A DNA stretch of 64,000 bases from a virus (lineage: Duplodnaviria; Caudoviricetes): the IMG/VR virus record IMGVR_UViG_3300037454_000334, positions 32,001-96,000 of that record; one strand, given 5' to 3'. The translations under genes and the position numbers were made by a program. Under the pieces are notes generated by a model. The model was given only the letters and a program-made list of their open reading frames with translations, was not told where the DNA came from and searched no databases. Positions 57,333-64,000 of the stretch are shown here, in pieces; the stretch's first letter is position 1, and every line of letters starts with the position of its first letter.

Positions 57333-58259
57333 TCATCCCTTCAGCAATCCTCCGGCCAGAAGGCCGAAGACAGCAGGACCAAGCAGACCGAAGTAATATA
57401 TCATCACCAGTGTAATGGCTGCAGCACCGACGGCAGCGATGATCTTCTTACGCTGCTCCTCACGCTCAACTTCCTCCGCCTCGCGGGCCTCACGCTCCAT
57501 ACGCTCCTCATAAGCCCTTAACCGAGCCTCACGCTTAGCCTCGCGCTCAGCCATGCGACGACGACGACACTCAGCATTCTTCTCAAGTTCCGATGGGGTA
57601 GGGGCCAGAGGCGTGCCGCTGTGGTAGGCCGCCGTAGCATTTATTTCGGTCACGCCCTGGTCGCCCTTAGCCGCATCTGTCGTAGCCCTTTCGTCGTCGG
57701 TGTCAAACAGCGACAGTTCCTGCGGCTCGTGTGCCTCCATAGTACCATCAGAATCATCAGATTTAAGTTTCTCATCATCTATCTTGGGGAGATTAGATCC
57801 TTCATCAGCGACGGGCTCCGTAACGGGCGACGAGCTCTCCAGAAGGTGCAAATCCTTCGGGAATAGCGCAATCCAACCGCCATCCTCCAGACGAGTAATC
57901 TTTGTGCTCGGACACTTCTCAGGCAGCACATCACCCATGCGCAGACCGCTACGCCAGTAGTCACCAGCCATAAGCCATACCTTGACGGCTGCAGGCCGAC
58001 TGGCACCACCATTGTTCGGATAGATCTTAATATCACCATGCACAGGCATCGACAGCGTGGCCATCCACACCTTGCGCAGCGCCTCGCGGCTCTCCTCAAA
58101 CTCAGTGCCTGCAAACTCCTGATACACGTCCTCTATCAGCTGATCCACGTTCAGCGGATGACGCTCAGCCCAGTCCGATGTCATGCGGTCAATCATGAAT
58201 ACCTTGCCAGTTCCAGGAACTCGATGTTCAATGTTCGTTGTGAAGTCAAATTGTCTCAT
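57333..58259 (-). CDS. hypothetical protein with coiled coil and C-terminal TM anchor
   Basis: 308-aa ORF, divergent from the repressor. Confidence 0.78.
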   Translation of the reverse strand: MRQFDFTTNIEHRVPGTGKVFMIDRMTSDWAERHPLNVDQLIEDVYQEFAGTEFEESREALRKVWMATLSMPVHGDIKIYPNNGGASRPAAVKVWLMAGDYWRSGLRMGDVLPEKCPSTKITRLEDGGWIALFPKDLHLLESSSPVTEPVADEGSNLPKIDDEKLKSDDSDGTMEAHEPQELSLFDTDDERATTDAAKGDQGVTEINATAAYHSGTPLAPTPSELEKNAECRRRRMAEREAKREARLRAYEERMEREAREAEEVEREEQRKKIIAAVGAAAITLVMIYYFGLLGPAVFGLLAGGLLKG

Positions 58260-58498
58260 ATTCCTTATTAATTATATTATTTATGGTGCAAAGATACAAT
58301 ATATATCTTGTATTACCAAATATTTATGAAGAAAAATACAATATATAGTTTAAATTTAACTATGATTTAACAAATACAAACTATATATTTACAGAAATTA
58401 AGAAAAACAATATATATATTTAATTATTGCCAAAAGATTTGGAACTTTTAGATATTATGCTTATCTTTGCAGCCCATTTCTTACAAAAAATATATAGT

Positions 58499-58747
58499 AT
58501 GAACATCAAGGCAGTAATCAGCAGGAAAGGATTCACGATGCAGCAGGTGGCCGATAAACTCGGTATCTCGCAGCAGGCTGTGAGTCAGGCGGTCAATGGC
58601 AATCCATCACTCTCCCGTCTGAAAGATATTGCCGACGCTATTGGTGTGACGGTCTCGGAACTTGTAGCCGACGACGAACAGTCCACGCACACGATACGAT
58701 GTCCACACTGCGGCCATGAGATTGAAATAACCATTGATTTGAAATAA
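58499..58747 (+). CDS. Xre/Cro-type HTH repressor
   Basis: TMQQVADKLGISQQAVSQ..NGNPSLSRL..IA; C-terminal CPHCG. Confidence 0.9.
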   Translation: MNIKAVISRKGFTMQQVADKLGISQQAVSQAVNGNPSLSRLKDIADAIGVTVSELVADDEQSTHTIRCPHCGHEIEITIDLK

Positions 58748-59067
58748 GACTAACACCCAAAGATTCGCAGCAATGCGAGTTAATAAATCAAGTGAACTTT
58801 TGAGTTAGTGAAAGCAGAGACGAAACCGTTTTCGGTCTATGCCGAGCGTGAAAAAAGTCAGCGAAGCTAACTTATGAAACCATTCCCGTGATGCGTGAGC
58901 ACCGACCGGGCAAGACTAAAAGGAGCGAGGGGGCCATCACGGCTGCCTCGCTCTTGGATTCTAGTTAAATCAGAATTAAATAAATAAATTTTAGAGAAAA
59001 TATTCGTTATTTACTCGTGGCCGCCGCCACACATAAAGAAAACAATATTATTGTGACATTATTACAT

Positions 59068-59676
59068 TTAGAGTTCACGATTCAGAATCCGGCCGATGCA
59101 AGCCTGGTCGTAGTGGTCGATGACCGCCTTCATCTTCAGTTTCGCTATCACCGGGTCGATCGCCTGCAGCAGAACATCCTTGTCACTGCCCAGCCAAGCC
59201 GCGTAAAGCGATAACGAGAAATCAGCCTGCGACAACATCGCACCCTGAATGACGAGCGACAACGACACAAAAGTGCCTGACCCCTTTGTGTCCTTTGTGT
59301 CGCAGCCGATGATAGCCAGCTGCGCGTCGAGCACCAGCGGATCCACTGCATAGTGAACACGGTCGAGATACCCATTGAGTTCACTCTCCACCAACTCCTT
59401 CTGACTGCGCTGCGTCAGCAGCAGCAGCGCCTGCGTCCATCCACGACGGAAGTAGTAGGCCAGTGTGCGCAACATCATCACGTCCACCTCTGGTACCGTC
59501 AGCACAATCACATGCTCATCACCAGCCAGACGACTCACCGCGCCAAGCAGCTTCTCCAGAGTCACATCACCGTTCGTCTGAAAGAAGCAGAAGCCACCCT
59601 TCGCCTCCTTCATCACCTTCGGCAGGTCTTTATCAACACAACATGGAGCTATATACATTGAATTTTCAATTTTCAA
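59068..59676 (-). CDS. hypothetical protein
   Basis: 202-aa ORF after the endolysin. Confidence 0.75.
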   Translation of the reverse strand: MKIENSMYIAPCCVDKDLPKVMKEAKGGFCFFQTNGDVTLEKLLGAVSRLAGDEHVIVLTVPEVDVMMLRTLAYYFRRGWTQALLLLTQRSQKELVESELNGYLDRVHYAVDPLVLDAQLAIIGCDTKDTKGSGTFVSLSLVIQGAMLSQADFSLSLYAAWLGSDKDVLLQAIDPVIAKLKMKAVIDHYDQACIGRILNREL

Positions 59677-59678
59677 TA

Positions 59679-60422
59679 TTAAACGTTTCTATACGCGAAC
59701 TTGGCATCGAATGAGGGACATTCTTTTACCCACTCATCAGGCGAGATAACCCCGTCGTGGTTCTTGTCGGGAGAAAAGTCACGGTGCCCCTGAATCTTCG
59801 CCTTCGGATAGAGCTTCCGCAAATCCATCAGCAGCGACAGCAGACTGGCCTTCTGAGCATCCGTGCGAGTATCTTTCGCTTTCAGCATGGAATAAGGCAC
59901 ACTAGGCCGGCTTTCCAGACCACCGACATACGAGATGCCGATACTGTTCGAGTTATACCCACTGACATGCGCACCGCTGATGTCCACGTCGCGCCCGATA
60001 TTCACCGTGCCATCACGATAGATGATATAGTGATAACCACAATCGCTCCAACCCTGCGCCTTGTGCTGCCTGCGGATGTCCTCCACCGTCATGTCGCGCC
60101 CCTCCTGAGTAGCCGTACAATGGATGACGATATAGTCAATCCTGCGCTTGCTTCGCTTCAGGCGGATGGTCTTCCCGCCGTAAGAACTGACCACCGAGTC
60201 CAACGACACAGAAGTGCCTGACCCCTTTGTGTCAATTCCCATCGCCAGCAGCGTCTTCGGCCCCGCGATACCATCAGCCGTCAGGCCATGCTCCTTTTGG
60301 TAGTTCTTCACCGCCTCAGTCGTCAGCTTACCCCATATACCATCAGGATAGCACCCGACCGCCTTCTGAATCAGGGTCACTACCGCCCCCTTCGATCCTT
60401 CCTTATAAGTTATCACTCCCAT
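59679..60422 (-). CDS. endolysin: peptidoglycan-binding domain plus N-acetylmuramoyl-L-alanine amidase
   Basis: DGIWGKLT..AVKNYQ..HGL.ADGIAG; IVIHCTAT, GYHY, GAHV, GHRD, KECPSFD. Confidence 0.94.
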   Translation of the reverse strand: MGVITYKEGSKGAVVTLIQKAVGCYPDGIWGKLTTEAVKNYQKEHGLTADGIAGPKTLLAMGIDTKGSGTSVSLDSVVSSYGGKTIRLKRSKRRIDYIVIHCTATQEGRDMTVEDIRRQHKAQGWSDCGYHYIIYRDGTVNIGRDVDISGAHVSGYNSNSIGISYVGGLESRPSVPYSMLKAKDTRTDAQKASLLSLLMDLRKLYPKAKIQGHRDFSPDKNHDGVISPDEWVKECPSFDAKFAYRNV

Positions 60423-60481
60423 AGTCTTGTTGGTTTAAATATATATTTGAAATCCGTGAAATCCGTGTCATCCGTGATCCC

Positions 60482-62047
60482 TTAACTCTTCGCCGCTCTG
60501 CAAATCGCTGACATCGCCGAGCCGACCAGACGACCCTGCAACACATCGCTCGTCCAGTGGTAGCGCGACACGCTTCTGTTTAGCGAGAAACTGTTCGCCG
60601 CTTTCAGGATCTTATCAGACCTGTACGGGTACGCCTCCATCAGCATCATTGCTGCGCACGTGATACCGCCGCTATGGCCACTCGGGTAAGAGTTCGCAAA
60701 GAGATTCCGCTTCTGCATCTCCTCATACTGTTCGGGCGACGAACACTCCTGCGGCTTCACCCAAACACCATTCTCGTCGTAGTAACCCGTCGGGCACCCG
60801 TCGCCGTCCTCAATCACGAAGTTCGCCAAGGCATTCTCGCGGTCGTCCGTCTGCGAATGTTTCGTAGCCTCCTGCGTCCACGAGCACCCAGGGCGCAACC
60901 TTCCATACTCGATAGGCCCATACGCCGAGTTTGCATGCTGCAGGATACCACGCGCATTACTGCCAGCCGTCTTCGCCCATGCCACCGACTGAGCCAGCTC
61001 ACACTCAGGGTCAATCCTCATATCAATCGTCTCCTGACCGAACACCGCATGGAAATCATACAACCCACCGACATCGCGACGGTCATCGCCATACAGATGG
61101 TGCTCATCCCACTCCTTGTCAGCCACTGCCTGCACCGCCAGCTGCCCCGGCAGATTCGAGCGCGACACAATCACCTCGTGGATCTTCATGTCCATCGCCA
61201 GACAACCGTTCGATACCTTCTCGTCGGTGAACGTCCCTCGCAGCTGACTGCGGTCCTGATAGCCCGGCGCATACGGCCCAGGAGCCGACACCATAAACCG
61301 TCTGAAGTCGATATAGAACCCATCGTCAGCCACATTGTAACGACTCTCCTGGTCAACGATGTCCTCCAGCGTCCGGTCGTACCCCTTGCCGCCAACCTCG
61401 CTGCGCATCCTCTCGATGTCAGGCTTAGCCACGCCGTGCATCACCGCCAGCAGCGAGCCGCCAATCAGTCGCGCCACCGTCGGGTCACTCCTAAACTCAT
61501 AGCCGAAGATATCACTCTCAGCCGAATAGCCGCCCGCCGAGTAGCCGATAGGCATCAGCTCGTTACGCTTCAGCGAACAAAGCTCGCTCAGGTGCAGCGC
61601 ACACACCCAGCCCACCAACGTACTGAACGCAGCGTCCTCGTCGCGCCGACCCTGATAGATGTCCGTAATCGTCGGGAACAGCTCAGGCCGGTAGAGTAGG
61701 GGAAGACCCCAACCCGACTCGCCCTTGTAGAACTGCCGCCAAGCCTCAGTCGCCACCTTCACCAGATAGTCGAACGTCATGCTCTGCTCCGATACGTTGA
61801 TCACCGGATTAAACCTCGTCAGCACCTCGTCGACCACCTCCGACGCCTTCGTCTCAGCAGGGTCAACCTCCGGCTCAGTCTTGGGCTCAGTCACGGGGTC
61901 TGGCATTTCTGCTGCCTCCTCTTTGGGCTCAGCTTTGGGGTCTGACCCCTTTGTGCCCTTCTTCACCTTCGTCCAAACGAACGCCCCGATTCCGACCACC
62001 CCCGCGATGGCGATCATCGTCAATACAATTTCCAAATCATTCATCAT
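60482..62047 (-). CDS. membrane-anchored PAP2 / class A acid phosphatase-like protein
   Basis: YGRLRP, SYPSGH, NRSVSRYHWTSDV motifs; N-terminal TM. Confidence 0.8.
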   Translation of the reverse strand: MMNDLEIVLTMIAIAGVVGIGAFVWTKVKKGTKGSDPKAEPKEEAAEMPDPVTEPKTEPEVDPAETKASEVVDEVLTRFNPVINVSEQSMTFDYLVKVATEAWRQFYKGESGWGLPLLYRPELFPTITDIYQGRRDEDAAFSTLVGWVCALHLSELCSLKRNELMPIGYSAGGYSAESDIFGYEFRSDPTVARLIGGSLLAVMHGVAKPDIERMRSEVGGKGYDRTLEDIVDQESRYNVADDGFYIDFRRFMVSAPGPYAPGYQDRSQLRGTFTDEKVSNGCLAMDMKIHEVIVSRSNLPGQLAVQAVADKEWDEHHLYGDDRRDVGGLYDFHAVFGQETIDMRIDPECELAQSVAWAKTAGSNARGILQHANSAYGPIEYGRLRPGCSWTQEATKHSQTDDRENALANFVIEDGDGCPTGYYDENGVWVKPQECSSPEQYEEMQKRNLFANSYPSGHSGGITCAAMMLMEAYPYRSDKILKAANSFSLNRSVSRYHWTSDVLQGRLVGSAMSAICRAAKS

Positions 62048-62061
62048 GTTATTTACGATTT

Positions 62062-62412
62062 TTAATGAGTTACGATTCTTACGCCGTCAATCTCCATAAT
62101 CAGATAATCCCTCACTCTGCGGATCTGTTTCGACTCGACATATTGGATCATCCTTTGCTTGATTTCCGGATAGACCTTCAGGCAGGTGCAGAAGCCCTCC
62201 TCCATCTGGCCCTTACCCGTAATGTATTTGATATGGAATGGCACACGGCTGACACCCTTCCCGTCCTTCCCGCCAGGTGGATTATAACCACGAGTCGTGA
62301 CACCAGTCTTCGGATCTCGCCACTCGAACTTCTCCGTGAGGTCTCTCACCTCCACCCAGCTTCTTGTTGGTTTCATCTTTGGCATAACTTGATTTTGTTT
62401 TCTTGATGACAA
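62062..62412 (-). CDS. phage hypothetical protein
   Basis: 116-aa ORF downstream of a GTCCC promoter. Confidence 0.7.
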   Translation of the reverse strand: MSSRKQNQVMPKMKPTRSWVEVRDLTEKFEWRDPKTGVTTRGYNPPGGKDGKGVSRVPFHIKYITGKGQMEEGFCTCLKVYPEIKQRMIQYVESKQIRRVRDYLIMEIDGVRIVTH

Positions 62413-62478
62413 GGACGGTGCAAGTCGAATGCAGACGAAAGCTCGCTTTCAGTATGCTGAGACGCAGCCCGTACTCGC
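62411..62478. repeat. interspersed ~67-bp repeat (copy 1)
   Basis: AAGGACGGTGCAA...CCCGT.CTCGC, similar to 63617-63682. Confidence 0.75.
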
Positions 62479-62495
62479 GCTAAATCTATTTAGCG

Positions 62496-62529
62496 CAAAG
62501 ATACGGATTTATGTTTTTCATTTTGGGAC
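62496..62529 (-). promoter_or_regulatory. GTCCC-N21-TATCTTTG promoter (lysis unit)
   Basis: Motif match. Confidence 0.75.
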
Positions 62530-62609
62530 TAAAAATAAAAAAAGATTGCCGATCCTCTCGGACAGGCAACCCTCAATAACAATTTAATTCTATAAAGATA
62601 TTCATCCAC

Positions 62610-63581
62610 TCACTCGTCCGATTTGGGACTGAATTTCCATTCGGCCATTCTGCCAATCTCGTCAGAGAACGTCACGCAGTCGTTGTCAACAGTCAGCAGG
62701 CCCTCGCCCACGGCCCTGACAATCACCTCGTCGGCTCTCTCCTGCGCAGTCTTTCCTCCAAAAGGCAGAGCATCCGATGCCACGCTGTAAATCGTTTCAA
62801 TCGTCACCCGATTACATCCAGCCTGCACACGCAGCCTGTAAACATCCTCTATACATTTCGTCCCGTGCTCAATCATGTGTGTGGCCATCATCTCCGCACA
62901 CATCGCCAATTCCAGGATCTGATACTCGTAGTATTCATCCCTGACCACTATTGTAGGCCACTCCACGCCCAACTCCCGCCAGTCGCGCATCTGACGCGCC
63001 AAGTCCACGACAGGCTCAGTCGTAGCACCATTGTCGAGCTGTACGAACATGGCAATCCCCTCGTTGATCTCCAGATAATACTCATCCCACGTCCTGTAGC
63101 CGTTGTTCTCGTGGCGATGCTCTATGCGGGCCTTCATATCCTTGAACTCCCCGTCAGCATTACCCTTTGCTATTTCGTCAGCCAACGTGTCGTACTTTAA
63201 CCCTGTTGAGTCGAAATAAGCGAAGATGTCTTTCGGGTCGTGGCCATTGTCACCAGAATGATAATCTATCCCGCGCATGATGTTGATGGCCTTCAGTCCA
63301 ACCTGGTCGCCCTCGAACCCAAGCGGAAGGATATCACTCTCCATGATGTCGTGATACCCTACGAAGGCATGGTCGGAATCGAGCATCCACCTCTTATCAG
63401 GGTTGCGGAACACCGGCACATGATCGTAACTTACCTTGCCCTCCTTCTCGTCATCCTGATAGATGTTGATGATGTTGCCTATCAGCTGCCCAGCCTGCAG
63501 GAACGGACCTTCACTCACGTATGTAAAAACCTCAAAAGGCTTCTCCGCCTTGATAAAATGACTTTTGACTAATCGTTTCAT
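62610..63581 (-). CDS. hypothetical protein
   Basis: 323-aa acidic ORF. Confidence 0.75.
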   Translation of the reverse strand: MKRLVKSHFIKAEKPFEVFTYVSEGPFLQAGQLIGNIINIYQDDEKEGKVSYDHVPVFRNPDKRWMLDSDHAFVGYHDIMESDILPLGFEGDQVGLKAINIMRGIDYHSGDNGHDPKDIFAYFDSTGLKYDTLADEIAKGNADGEFKDMKARIEHRHENNGYRTWDEYYLEINEGIAMFVQLDNGATTEPVVDLARQMRDWRELGVEWPTIVVRDEYYEYQILELAMCAEMMATHMIEHGTKCIEDVYRLRVQAGCNRVTIETIYSVASDALPFGGKTAQERADEVIVRAVGEGLLTVDNDCVTFSDEIGRMAEWKFSPKSDE

Positions 63582-63616
63582 AATCTTATTGAATTAAACT
63601 ATTAATATTCTGGTGC

Positions 63617-63682
63617 AAGGACGGTGCAAACCGAGTGCAGAATCAAGCTCGCTTGTTATGCCGAGGTGCCGCCCGTTCTCGC
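63617..63682. repeat. interspersed ~66-bp repeat (copy 2)
   Basis: Similar to 62411-62478. Confidence 0.75.
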
Positions 63683-63885
63683 GGTGTGGTTCTCAACCAC
63701 GGTGCAAATTTACAAAATAAATCCGTGAAATCCGTGCAATCCGTGTGAAAAAAATTCTGTGATATTTTAAAGTGATTATAAACAGGGTGTATAAAGAGCC
63801 GATTAAGCGAGTACAAAGCCGAATCGTATTCGGGCTATGTCGAGCGTGAGGCTCTTCGACGGTAGTCAATATATATAAAGGTGAC

Positions 63886-64000
63886 TTAGTTCTCGGCTAC
63901 CCAGGCGTCGAGGATGGCGCCCGTGTTGCGGTCGGTCTGAGTGACGAATGTCGGGTACTTGTCGAAGAGCCAGTGCCACACGTCGCAGACGATTGCGCCG
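63886..64000 (-). CDS. 3' end of a gene truncated by the window edge
   Basis: ...DVWHWLFDKYPTFVTQTDRNTGAILDAWVAEN*. Confidence 0.55.
   Translation of the reverse strand, partial: GAIVCDVWHWLFDKYPTFVTQTDRNTGAILDAWVAEN

Overview
The whole window looks like part of a Bacteroidales (Prevotella-like) temperate phage, probably a phage-plasmid. Support: TAnnTTTG -7 promoter boxes, AT-rich gene leaders and dense minus-strand phage genes. Left half: tail tube, major capsid, S49 protease, holin-like genes, a Cys-rich operon of unknown function, a tyrosine recombinase, a complete diversity-generating retroelement (RT, TR, MutS-N-like accessory gene, target with VR) and tail/fibre genes. Right half: early accessory genes (Tad2-like, YopX), a DNA-modification cluster, a lytic replication module (beta clamp, DnaC-like loader, initiator), a plasmid replicon (Rep_3-like gene, iterons, ParA plus a small partner), a repressor, an endolysin and a PAP2 phosphatase. 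No terminase, portal or tape-measure gene was recognised. Most notable signals: (1) seven G7-10-TA tracts confined to the DNA-modification cluster, with the PAPS-reductase-like gene currently out of frame; (2) an identical -1 frameshift cassette at the ends of the capsid and tail-tube genes; (3) a GTCCC-N19-21-TAnnTTTG promoter motif with 11 copies; (4) the 8-gene Cys-rich operon; (5) a DGR leader element complementary to the VR 3' flank; (6) in-frame palindromic elements inside five genes. Family names come from motif recognition only; no searches were run.
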